A DNA stretch of 64,000 nt from Octopus sinensis (Eukaryota): the NCBI RefSeq assembly GCF_006345805.1, contig NC_043003.1, positions 32,364,001 through 32,428,000 of the forward strand, in the 5' to 3' direction. Below the pieces are notes generated by a model. The model was not told the origin of the DNA. It searched no databases and worked only from the letters and a program-made list of their open reading frames with translations. Each line of letters starts with the position of its first letter. The stretch's first letter is position 1. Below, piece by piece: positions 13,200 to 25,809 of the stretch. Both the position numbers and the translations under genes were made by a program.

Positions 13200-14090
13200 A
13201 TACATTTAAAGCGTAACAGTCTTTAAAAAAGTATAACAGTCTATTTTCCAAAAGTCTGGCAGCAAAAGCAATTACAGATAGAGTTTGCATTTAAAAGTTC
13301 GCAATTATAGAACTCTCTTTGAAAAGGTCTTTACAGAACTCCAGATGCTTTCCGATTAGCTTAAAAGGTGCGTACATACAAGATTTATCCACAAAACAGT
13401 CTCCACCTCTGTGAATACATCAAATGGCAGTGCGCACTAGATCTCAGTTTGCTAGAGATTTGATCACTCTCAATCAGTGTAAGAAACGGTCGATTATTGC
13501 TCGATTAGCAAAGTCGAAGCAGTTTTTGCTTCGGCACCTTCTCCCAAGACTGCAGCGTAACAAAGAGGAATTATATCTGTTCTACGTCCAAACAGGCTTT
13601 TATCGTAACTCTTTTTTCTTGAAACTCCCGGAACGCCAAACATGTTGCTATCTCCTCTAATTTATGTTTTGGAGCCTTTGCTGCAGGGATTTGAGATGGA
13701 AGTTAATTGGCACTCCATCTGAACTTGGTCCAAAGAAAGCCGTATCTGCATAAACATACTTTGTCATGAATAGTGTGTTAAGGATATCAGAGGTCGAAGT
13801 GGTCAGTACTGTCTTTGAAGAGTTCTATGAGAGAACCAAAACATGCATTTATCTCCATCAGACTGCTCGTTGAGAATACAGCACCAGGAAATGAAAATTC
13901 ATATAGGAGGGTGGCTATTGTCGGATCAAGAGTGCTGTTAAGAACCTCAGTATCATTCAGACCAGAATTCCAGAATTCCAACTGAATAAAATCTGAAAGC
14001 ACTTGCCAGCAGCTAGGTATTGGTTCGGGCTCTTAAAACTTGGACTGATCCTGGATATTAGATTGGTCTTTCCGTTATTAAGATAACTGC
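13200..14090 (+). pseudogene. Old, heavily mutated Tx1/L1-clade RT fragment
   Basis: Fragments VRNYRTL, ITLNQCK, GIISVLRPNRLLS and LSPLIYVLEPLLQG are colinear with ISNYRPI, VNLDQSK, GIKSTVQINGYLT and LSPLLYVLALEPLLRN of the 39.4-40.8 kb RT. Confidence 0.55.
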
Positions 14091-14103
14091 ATGCACGTAT
14101 ATT

Positions 14104-14173
<70 letters not shown>

Positions 14174-14174
<1 letters not shown>

Positions 14175-14560
14175 TTTTACTCTTTTACTTGTTTCAGTCA
14201 TTTGACTGCGGCCATACTGGAGCACCGCCTTTAGTCGAGCAAATCGACCCCGGGACTTATTCTTTGTAAGCCTACTACTTATTCTATCGGTCTCTTTTGC
14301 CGAACTGCTAAGTGACAGGGACGTAAACACACCAGCATCGGTTGTCAAGCAATGCTAGGGGGACAAACACAGACACACAAACACACACACACATACATAT
14401 ATATATATACATATATACGACAGTCTTCTTTCAGTTTCCGTCTACCAAATCCACTCACAAGGCAGAAGACACTTGCCCAAGATGCCACGCAGTAGGACTG
14501 AACCCGGAACCATGTGGTTGGTTAGCAAGCTACTTACCACACAGCCACTCCTGCGCCTAT
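14174..14560 (-). mobile_element. tRNA-derived SINE (family 1)
   Basis: Reverse complement of the 11914-12376 family, with a small internal deletion. Confidence 0.85.
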
Positions 14561-14769
14561 ATATATATATATATATGTCTAATGTTCATCTCATTTCTCT
14601 CTAGCACCCCTCCTTTTCTGTTTTCTTTTATATAAACTGACACTAATTGTAACCTGTCCTTGTAATGTCTCCCTCATCGGACGCTCATGGGACTAATAAA
14701 TGAAAACATCATCATCATCATCGTCGTCGTCATTATCGTCGTCGTCAATATCTTCATCAACATTATGGT

Positions 14770-15090
14770 TTTACGTTCTGAGTTCAAATGCCGCAGTGAT
14801 CAACGTTGCTTCCATCCCTCAAGGGACGATAAAATAAAGTACCAGTCAAGTACTAGGGTCGATGGTACCAATTAGCTCCCTTTCACAAAAACTCCAAGCC
14901 TTGTGCTAAAATTAGAAAGAATTGCCATTAGGCAGAACCGTTACCATTCTGGAAAAATGTTTAGCAGCATTTCGTCGTCTTTACATATAGTTCAAATTCC
15001 GCCGGGACCGACTTGGAGCTTCTTTCTTCGGGATCGATAAAATAACTACTAGATAAATAGTGGTGTCTTTATAATCGACTATCCTTCACC
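14770..15090 (+). mobile_element. Two degenerate tandem SINE family 2 fragments
   Basis: Similarity to TTCTGAGTTCAAATTCCGCC...GGGTCGAT...AAGTACCAG of 45315-45544. Confidence 0.55.
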
Positions 15091-15391
15091 GAACCACCCG
15101 GCTCAGTATTTCTTCTGGTTATTTATATTCCGCGTTATGATACTTTCGAGGTAAGTTTTTACAGTAGTTAATGTTATCAACATACCCAATCCCATATAGA
15201 TACGGGCCGTGTGCGAAAATTGGAAACCATTATTATTAATCATTACATAATTTCCATAATAATAAATTAACCTGGGAGATATAGGCTAAATTTGTTCAGG
15301 TAATATATATTTAGCCAAATAAGTGATCTTCACAATATCAATTTCGTTGATCACCAAAGCACTGGTCGAAACATAATCCATTACATACAAT

Positions 15392-15778
15392 AAGGCGTAG
15401 ACATAGCTGTGTGGTAGAGAGCTTGCTTCTCAACCACATAGTTCTGGGTTCAGTCTCACTGCGCAGCACCTTGGGCAAGTTCTTCTGTTATAGCCTCAGG
15501 CCGACCAAAGCCTTGTAAATGGATTTGGCCTATCGTATATATGTATGTGCGTGTGTGTGTGAGTGTGTCTTTGTTTCTGTGTTTGTCTCCTCGTCACCGC
15601 TTGACAACCAGTGTTCGTGTGTTTGTAGCGGTTCAGCAACAGAAGCTTATACAATAAGTACTAGACTTTAAAACAAAAAATAAGTCCTGATGTCAATTTG
15701 TTCGACTAAAATCCCTAAAGGCTCTGCTCCAGTATGGTCTCAGTCAAATGACTGAAACAAGTAAAAGAATAAAAGAAT
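15392..15778 (+). mobile_element. tRNA-derived SINE (family 1), diverged
   Basis: Same head and tail motifs as 11914-12376. Confidence 0.8.
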
Positions 15779-16111
15779 AATATTTTCATAAAAATGTACA
15801 CCCTTCTATTGATGTTCTGATTGTGTTGTTCCCATCAGTCTCTGAGATTATAATATGTCTAACGTTTTGCATTTTCTTCTTAGGTCTACTTGTACATCCC
15901 TGGACATTATAGAAGTCTCGATCGCTGAAATATTAAGGTCTATTCTTAAAACCTTTACAAGATGACTCCCTCACGCTTTTTCACTCTCCCTCTCTCCATC
16001 CCTTTCTCTCTCTCTCTCTCTGAATTACTATTTGTCGAGTGGCAATAATATGACTGACACATTTACGCACAAATTAGAATTTAGGCAAGTAAACCCATAG
16101 AAATCTGTGAG

Positions 16112-16144
16112 ATGAGCAGCGGCAGTAGAAGCGGCAGCAGCAGC

Positions 16145-16201
<57 letters not shown>

Positions 16202-16208
16202 GGTGGTG

Positions 16209-16253
<45 letters not shown>

Positions 16254-16286
16254 TTGGTGGTGGTGATCGTCGTTGTGGTGGTGGTG

Positions 16287-16327
<41 letters not shown>

Positions 16328-16334
16328 GGTGGTG

Positions 16335-16409
<75 letters not shown>
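16112..16409. repeat. Compound (AGT)n/(GGT)n microsatellite
   Basis: Directly visible; explains the poly-Ser/Gly/Val ORFs. Confidence 0.95.
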
Positions 16410-16783
16410 CGATGTATTTAAGAAGTGACAGTTAGAACCGTTTTGAATGATTCAGTCTCCCTCTACATTCTGCATTCTCTGCATCACAATTAGTAACCTC
16501 GTCTCAAGATGATGATCATCATCATCGTCATTATCATCGTCGTCGTCGTCGTCGTTGTCATCATCATCTACCATGAACTATTTGCTGAATGTGACTGAAT
16601 CTCTATAGGAAATAACAAAATAACATATCTTCTCCATGCCATTATCCATTGTCAAATGTGCACTGTCATTGTGATGGAAGTTGACAGGTGCACTTGTGAG
16701 TTATCCCAAGGAGAAGAATGAAAGGACAGTCACTAAAAGAATGAACATACGAAGTACAAACATAACCAGAATCTTAATATAGA

Positions 16784-16790
16784 TAGATAA

Positions 16791-16868
<78 letters not shown>
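16784..16868. repeat. (ATAG)n microsatellite
   Basis: Directly visible. Confidence 0.95.
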
Positions 16869-16870
<2 letters not shown>

Positions 16871-17243
16871 AGACGGACGATAGAGTAGAACGTAAGATAG
16901 AAGAATAAAGACGCATCTCGCATCGCTATAATGGTCGCGAATTTTAACTCACAAACACGATTTTACTTCAGTCATAGCGTAGGATCGACCAAGGCATTCT
17001 ATATAAAATTTGATAGACTTTAACTGCAAGAATTCCATGAAAGAGTTTTTTTCCCCTCTTTTGTTTATAAGACTTAGTGGCTTGTGCAGTTTAAAACCAC
17101 CACCTTTTTCACGGGTATGTTTAGCCGAATTTATTCTATAGCAAGTATTGGCTTTAGATTGATTCGCTTCATTCTTGTCTCAAGTGGACGCCCTGACAAA
17201 AGTCACGAATGTTTCTCTTTCATTTCTGACAGTATCAACAGCA

Positions 17244-17286
<43 letters not shown>

Positions 17287-17592
17287 CGGTTGTATACTGT
17301 AAACATAACGTGACAGTCCCGTAAAGGGAATCACATTACCGCTATTTAGCCCTAGGAAGCATCGACGCTTCCTGTCGGCTTTGACATATTTCCTGCGTCC
17401 TTATATTTACGAAGAGGAGACAAGCACCCCCAACAGCTAGGCCTGCATCCAGAGACATGCGTATTTCTGAGTCTTGCTGATCATTAGTCTGGAGTATCAT
17501 GGCCTGCTAGCTGAAGATGCTTGTAAAGCCTTCGTAAATATATATTTTTTCGGTGAAGTTTATTCACAGATCAACAAGATTAGAAATATTAA

Positions 17593-17637
<45 letters not shown>

Positions 17638-17642
<5 letters not shown>

Positions 17643-18071
17643 CTTTTTGGTTATCTCACTCCCAATAAAAAATTGGCTTGTCTCCCCGAACTAAAAAAAT
17701 TGTTTAAAACAAAAAGAAAATATTAAAAAATTAATAAACGTGAAAAGTGAAAACATTAAACATCTTGTTGAATCTGATAGTATTTTTATAACAGAGTATA
17801 CAAAACTGAAAACAATTAATGAACATGAAAATTGAAAGAGTTAATGAACATGAAAATTGAAATATTAAACATCTTACTGAATCTAATAATAAATCATACC
17901 ACGCCTGTTGAGGAGGCCAAAAGTCAACAATATATTTAAGTATTGAATCAAAAGTATCTAACCCTTTTAATACAACCTCTTGTCGCAACATAAACTCAAC
18001 TTTTTAATGGGGAGATAACCCAATTTTGAATAGTCATTTTTTTAATGGGGATTAGATAACCAAAAAGTACC
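17638..18071 (-). mobile_element. Non-autonomous or internally deleted DNA transposon with TIRs, probably Tc1/mariner-derived
   Basis: GGTACTTTTTGGTTATCT at the left end is the exact reverse complement of AGATAACCAAAAAGTACC at the right end; left flank is TA; the internal minus frame contains DFWPPQ, resembling the mariner FWPPxSPD motif. Confidence 0.5.
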
Positions 18072-18101
18072 GATATTGTACAGATATCATATCAGTGTAT
18101 A

Positions 18102-18185
<84 letters not shown>

Positions 18186-19070
18186 TTCCTGATAATAATA
18201 ATAAAGAAAATTAGAAGTAATGAAGGTTTCGTTTTTTAACTTATTGACACACAGCTATAAATGGTTTTTGGATTTTCTTTAAAAAAAAATTAAATTAATG
18301 ATGTACTACGAAACTCTTTACGTCTTGAAATTTTTATCTGACAAGGAGAATCAATATTTATCTCTTTGCTGAATTGACCCAGTATATTTCAAAATAGAAA
18401 AGATTTCACATGTCAGTTGCTAGTGACAGGTCAATGAGATCAGAAATAGGTCAACAAGTTTGTATAGCAACTAAATTCCATTTATGATATATGATGGAGA
18501 GTCTAGTAGTATTTCATTATACTTTAGTTACGTCTAAATCCTTTGGCTGCTGGGTGAGCAATTGTCATCCTCATGAAGGAAACTGAGCCAGAAACACCTG
18601 CCCACGCAGTCTCATTTAGCTGTGACCATGATGAGGTATCATCTTCAAGGGGTTTAATCAAACAAATCGACCCCATGAATTATCTTGTTGAAGCTTTACT
18701 TTATGCATGTCAGTTTGGGAGAAAATTCTTGAATTTTGAGACTATCTTCCCTTTCCCTAGTGGAGTTGGTCATAATAGTCAGTTGGTAATTATGATACAT
18801 CCCATAGAGTCGGAGATAAATTTAACACAATAAGAATTTTTGTTGTAACGTATTTCAGATGCCGATATCTATCTATAATCTGTGTACGTACATGCAGATT
18901 CATGTGGTTATCAAATTCTCGAAATTTAATATGAGCTATGAGCAATTAATAGCATATTAATGCATAATGTGCAACGATATGTAAATTAATTTAATTCCTA
19001 TACTAGAATTCGCTGATCGTGTGTGTATACACGCATACATACACACACACACATATATATATATATGTAT

Positions 19071-19302
19071 ATCTGTTTCTTTATTGCCCACAAGGGGCTA
19101 AACATAGAGGGGACAAACAAGCACAGACAAACGGATTAAGTCGATTACATCGACCCCAGTGCGTAATTGGTACTTAATTTATCGACCCCGAAAGGACGAA
19201 AGGCAAAGTCGACCTCGGCGGAATTTGAACTCAGAACGCAACAACAGACGCAATACCGCTAAGCATTTCGCCCGGTGTGCTAACGTTTCTGCCAGCTCGC
19301 CG
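19071..19302 (-). mobile_element. tRNA-derived SINE (family 2), full length
   Basis: Reverse complement of the 45315-45544 family (GGCGAGCTGGCAGAAACGTTAGC... head). Confidence 0.85.
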
Positions 19303-20171
19303 ACTGTATATCACCGACTCCTTCACCTGCACATCTACTACATCTCCTGCTCTCTCTGCCCTTCTCTATACATCAGGCAAACGGGACGCCGCTTGGCTGA
19401 CCGATTCACGGAACACCTCCGAGACATCCGACTCGACAATGACACCCCATTTCCACTCTACTGCTCACTCTTTGCAACAACTGTGTGTTTGGATTGTCCT
19501 TGCACAGGGGCCATCCGGACTCCTGTTTGCGCAGTGTACAGGAATTAATCTTCTCTTTTCGCCTATTTGCCCCACATGGGCCCAACTTTCCTTCCCTCCC
19601 GTCTCCCCCTCTCACACCTACTTCCTCCCACTCACCTCTCCTCTCTTGCTCCGACTCCTACTTCTTCTCTTCACTCCTCCTTTCCTTCTCTCTTCTCTTC
19701 ACTCCTACCCACCTCCTCCCGTCTCCCTCTCTCTTCATCTTCACCTCTCTCTCGTAACCCCATCCCTTACGCCACCTGCATCCTCACCCTAGGGGATACA
19801 GGTAGCAATGACAACTTTCCTGCCCCACATGCACACACCTACACATAAACACACGCATACGTCAAAGTCACCAGCCCACTCCCAGACGAACATACCTGTT
19901 CTCGTATACACACGCACAACTTCGCTTTGGGATCACCACTACTTTATTATCTCCCCTTCTTCCTAGCTTTCCTGTATGACCACTCTGTCCGGCATTCGCC
20001 ATGATATAACGCTAGCCACTACACATTCTTTATTTTCCCTCCTTGTTTCTTTCTGTGGAAGAGCGTAGGCTCGAAACGTTGATGACTTTTTCACTTCCTG
20101 AGCGTTAAACTAATACATGTTTGTTGTCTACGTCACTTTTCTTCGTCTTTTGTCTTTTTGTGAATTCTCCC

Positions 20172-20172
<1 letters not shown>
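19303..20172 (+). mobile_element. 3' fragment of a Penelope-like element: GIY-YIG endonuclease remnant, pyrimidine-rich 3' region and terminal repeat with a degenerate HHR
   Basis: Translates DSFTCTS / YISCSLCPSLYIRQTGRRLADRFTEHLRDIR (PLE GIY-YIG signature); HHR-like CTGTGGA-A-GAGC-GTAG-GCTC-GAAACGTT at 20053-20080; ends in (AT)n. Confidence 0.8.
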
Positions 20173-20214
<42 letters not shown>

Positions 20215-22314
20215 ATGTATGTATGTATGTATGTATGTATGTATGTATGGATGGATGGATGGATGGATGGATGGATGGATGCATGTATGGCATGTATGTA
20301 TATATATATATACGTTTGTATGCATGCATATGTATATGTATATGTATGTAAGTTTGTATGTATGTATCAATGGTAGCTAAGAGGTAACAAAAACATGAAC
20401 GTAAACGCAAGATTGTCTCTCCGTCCCTCCGGCACTCCTGTATCTGTGTCTACATTTGCTCTACATAGACATATTATACCTTTTGGAATCAGGATGGTCC
20501 CAGGATTGAAAATCTGCCCTTCATTTGCTTCTTGAGCATCCAGCATTGGGAACAGGTCGTATCCTAACAGTTGAAACTTCAAATTTTAAAAGAACTCCCA
20601 AAATTTGTGAACGTGTGTCTGTGATTGTGTGTGTATGTATTTGTGCTTGTGTGTGTGTGTGCGTGTGTGCGTTCGTGCGTGCATGCATGTGTGTATGTGT
20701 ATATATATGTGTGTGTGTGTGTGTAACATTTCCTTTATTTCCCACGTAGAAGCAGATCTGCAGATATGGGAAAAATAACTCGCAGTAATGCCGCAGCACC
20801 TGTTTATCTATATACAGTGAAGTCAAAAATTTGAAAATTGAGAATGGTTCAAGAATAGAAAAATATCAGGTTTCCAATTACTATGTGACGAAAAAGAAAG
20901 ATTCCTATAGACGTTTTATGAAGTTGACTGAATAACGCATTAATTCATGTTATCAAATATTATTTATTTACGTGATGTCCATGAATGAAAGTTCTTTCAT
21001 CGACACACTAGTAAAAATAGATAATGCTACTATGGTAAAAAAAAAGAACGAAAAAGAAGAGAAAATAAACATAATTTTACTTAGAAAAGGACAGAAAATG
21101 CGATATTGCGAATTGATATTATTTTTTATTCATTTTGAATATGCTCAGTATTTTAGACAAACTCAAAAGAATTTGTCTTGCGAAGACGCAATTTTGTTTG
21201 TTGTGTCTTCGAACGAAGTATATCTCGTAATAGCTAGTGCAGCTGCAATGGCTGTGTCTGTCACTCAAAAGCGATTGTTTGTGCATGGTAACTTGTAGAA
21301 GAATATTTAGCTTGAAATAGTTGGTGAAGCTGGAATAACAATGGCTGTAATGCTGCTTCAATTAAGTGAATAGCAGTGCAGCAGTTTTCATTATATTCTG
21401 TTTGAATAGAGACACAGAGCAGTCTACTGCATCTTTTTGTGTAGTAAACTCCAAATAGGTAAGAGTCACCTTTGATCTAAAATAGCATATTTGATCTATG
21501 CGGACTGTGGTCCATTGTTAGCCATTAGTTTTCTGGAGTAATCGCAATATCTGTCAATCATAGTATCAAGGAATTCGCCAGCTCGATCTGAACTACGGCT
21601 CTTACAGACAAATGATTTTGCAAGGAATGCTATTACATTAGCGCCACATCTTTTTTTTTTTAGAGAAAAGTAGTTGTTTGTTGTTGCAACACCATAAGAA
21701 AGAGGAAACTAGAACTGGTCTAGCTCTAGCAGAACTAAACTAAAACAACAACATGAAAAATAACCAAGAAAAATATTCAGTATGTTGTATCAGCTATAAA
21801 TAAAATTGTATGCTGTTATAATACAAGAATATATTTTGATTACTAAATATTGCTTTCTAAGAGAAAATTATTTCTTGAAGATATATTATGTACAGAATAT
21901 GGAGCTTCTTATTTCTAGAATGCTATTTTCGGTATTACGATTTTCACTATTGATTCTATTTAAGTAATCCTGTATAGGATTATCTAATACTGTCCTTCAT
22001 CTTTTAGACTTGATTTGACAAAATCTACGAATAAATATTTTTGGAGAAAACATATACACAATCTTTATTATGAATTCGTGGAAAACTTAAGGTTTTCTAA
22101 AATACTCTGAAGAGTATAAATGCATACATTTTGTACAGGCAGGGAGGAAAATCGATTGCATGGAATTACTTGCTTGACTGGTACTTAGATCGATCCTCAA
22201 GGAACTAAAATCATAATTGCCTCCGGTGGTATTCGATATCAGAAAGGGTATTGCTAATTCTTCCTCAATGATTTATGACGCCCATCTTATTCTGCTATTC
22301 ACTATTCATTTATC

Positions 22315-22710
22315 CTTTTCACTGTTTTACTTGTATCAGTCGTTCGTCTGCGACCATGCTGGAGCATCGCTTTAAAGGATTTTAGTCGAAGAAATTAACC
22401 CCATGACTTATTCCTTGTAAACCAAGTACTTATTCTATTAATCTCTTTTGCCGAACCGTTAAGTTATGATGACATAAATGCACCAGCATTGATTGTCAAG
22501 CGATAACGGCGGAAGCTCACATACACACACACACATATTTATATATATGTATATACGATGGGGTTCATTAAGTTTCCGTCTACCAAATCCAATCACAAGG
22601 CTTTGATCAGCGCAATGCTATAGTAGAAGACACTTGTCCAAGGTGTCACGCGGTGGGACTGAATCCGGAACCATATAGTTAGGAAGCAAGCTTCTTACGA
22701 CACAGCCACG
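22315..22710 (-). mobile_element. tRNA-derived SINE (family 1), diverged
   Basis: Reverse-complement similarity to 11914-12376 throughout. Confidence 0.75.
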
Positions 22711-24760
22711 CATATTTATCCAATTAAACTTTACTTAGTTAAAATTATTTTTAACATGGACATAATGTCACACAGACGTTGATCTTGGAAGGATGTTACT
22801 CACAAGCTTAAAGGAACATAACCAAATACTACATTTGATGGTCCACATATTATACTATCCAATATCCTTTAAGTAATAAAAAACATACTGGCTTTCTAGC
22901 AACTTAGACAATTTGAAAAGTCATTAGACCGTTAGAAAAATACCTCGCAGTATTTTTCCAGCTTTCTGTATGCTAAGCTCAAATCCCGCCATGGTCACCT
23001 TTACCTTTCACAAATTCGAATTGATAAAGTACCAGTTCTGGGTTTTGCATTCGTAAATTTGTTAGAGATTAAGGCGAGACTATATATCTTTTGATATTTT
23101 TCCAGTAGTTTGCATTCTGATATTTTCTTTCATTTCTTACCACTAACCCTCTCGTAGAAAGAAACTGGATTTACAGGACTCGGCTAAAGGGGCAGCCTCC
23201 TAATGTGTGATAGAACTTTGTATCGATTTGAGTACATCAAAATCTCCGTCACATCAAAATCGCAACCGAGTTGACACTACCTTATGATAAGATAAAATGT
23301 AGAAAAGAAAACAAATGGATTTCTGAGGGCACACGACAAAAATTTTAGTGAGAAAGGATATGATCGATTAAGTGGACTCATGGAGATAGTATGTTTAATC
23401 GATCATTTCAATACCCACAAAATATCGTCTCTAATATATAACTGCATATTAATTTAACTAATCCTGTAAGAATGACAATGTTTACTGTTGCAGTAATTAA
23501 AATGAAAACTTAACGCAACTAGACTGTGATAGGTATATACCGTTTTACTTTCACTGTTAAAAAAATCATTTTATATTAGATATTAAACGAAAATGATCAT
23601 TTCAATTCCAGCGAACATCATTTAGATAGAGGATATTTTATGATTAGTTCAGGCCATTATAAACTTTCGATTTCAGATTGAGAATATTTCAATTCACTTC
23701 ATCCGCCAATACCCCTATGTTGGATGCAGACGATTGAAATTGCTTTTTCATAATAAATGCTTCTGTCTATACCATCAGAAAAACAAATTTCAGTCTTTTG
23801 ATTACGAGTCCCACTTAAAAGGATTTCAGAGTCTATTTGCTACGAACATGATACAAACAAACCCAATAATGTAGTATTCAGGAGCGTAGTGTGCTGGTAA
23901 ATAATTTGGTGATTTCGCTCACTGGCAGAGGGCCATTTCAATGAATAATTGAATAGACGCTAGTACGGCTGTGGCAATAATATTTTCGCTGTGGAAGGGT
24001 AAGAAAGCAATCAAATTTGGTGTGATTTGAATAGAAAATATACATAGATCTAAATGAAGCACCGTAGGGATTTCCCTGACTCTTTACTATCTATATCAAT
24101 CCACGAAACTTAGTTCTCTGAATAATAATAATTATGATAATACGAAAGATTTCAAATTTTGCACCAAGGCAGTAATTTTAAAGTGGATGTGCGTAGTCTA
24201 GTCCGTAGTTCCACTGTCCACTGGTATTTATCTATCCGACCACCGAAAGTGTAAAGATATAGTTGACCTCGGTGATATTTTATCTCAGAACGTAACTAAA
24301 ATATTCATAACCTGATGAAAATATCCCATCCATTTCCAAATTTACATCAATTATAATTTGTTGTTATTTATGTTATTGCAAGTGATATTAAAATATTTGA
24401 GAATTGTGCGTTTAGCTACTAGTATTCTTTCTGAACCTCATAGTAGTATATTAGAGCATTGGATAGCTGAATCATGGTGGATTTGTGTAGTGGATAGCAG
24501 AAGGATACCTGACAAAATACACCAAGATGTTTAGCTACGTTCAATTTCTTCTCTTTACATTTTGAATGAAAATTACACTGAATTTCTCATTACATAGCTT
24601 CATTTGATAACAAAAGTACCCATCAAATACTGATACAGGTTTAATCAACTATGTTGTGAGATCTTGTTCCAATATAAAAATCAATATGACAGCGGTTTAG
24701 TAACTTGATGCTAACAATACGGATGTTTTTTTCGGCTTCTATTTTTGTTTCTCTATTAAA

Positions 24761-24972
24761 ATGAGAACTACATCTCGACTGACATTAATCATGTCATTCT
24801 TAATCTATATCAAATTGGGAGCTATTGCTTCAGATACAAATGAGTTTCCTGCAGATTATTGTCATAATGGTTTCTTACTGATATTAAGCCCGAAGGAGCA
24901 AACTGTAACTACAATCATGTTCCATACTGAATGTAATATAAATACTGATATCAGTGTCGAACAACTAACTTG
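24761..24972 (+). CDS. Candidate first coding exon of a secreted or membrane protein (signal peptide followed by an Ig-like start)
   Basis: MRTTSRLTLIMSFLIYIKLGAIAS resembles a signal peptide; LSPKEQTV...ECNINTDISVEQLTW resembles Ig A-B-C strands; possible donor TG|GTAATA. No partner exon identified. Confidence 0.3.
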
Positions 24973-25513
24973 GTAATATTTTGAATCACGACATATTTGA
25001 TTATTATTTATTCTTTCTAGATTAAAAAGCACAATGTACATAGCCTTTAGATATGTTACCGTGTGAACGACAGCTTTCTACAGAGTTAGGGAAACCTATT
25101 TTTTTGTAGAAAAGTTCCTTTCGGTAAATTAATATTGCACGTCAAAGACATAACAGCGAAATGTATGTATACATATATATATATATATATATTTATATAA
25201 GTCATCATGTGGGACTTGATTTCCCAGTTAACACGAAATTCACAATAAATGCGACTCTGTTCGCTGCATTGACTCCAGCTATCAATAAATTTTTTCCATT
25301 GTTATTCGTAAACTAATGTAGCGAAAATGCCTCCACTTTGGCATGTATGTGTATTTATGTAGAAATACACCGACGCACACGCACTCACATACATACACAC
25401 AGCACACAACCATATATATGTATACTCGTGTAAGCAAAAATAAAACAATAATGTGCATACATATAAATACCTATGTGCAAGTACATATGTAAATATATGT
25501 ATATATATACATG

Positions 25514-25558
<45 letters not shown>

Positions 25559-25681
25559 TGGTTATTCCTTCTAGTATGTATATATATGCATATATATATA
25601 TACATATATATATAAGGATATATATATGCATTATATATATATATATACGTATATATGAATATATATATATTTATATATATG

Positions 25682-25727
<46 letters not shown>

Positions 25728-25771
25728 CATACATGTACACACACATATATATGTGTGTGTGTGTGTGTGTG

Positions 25772-25809
<38 letters not shown>

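Noticed and set aside
17300-17560. CTGAAGATGCTTGTAAAGC HHR-like start
   Set aside because: No GAAA or stem III follows; too degenerate to support.
20480-20563. 84-nt minus-strand phase 1/1 exon candidate (YDLFPMLDAQEANEGQIFNPGTILIPK)
   Set aside because: The splice sites are only moderate and there is no homology; such matches arise by chance in 64 kb.
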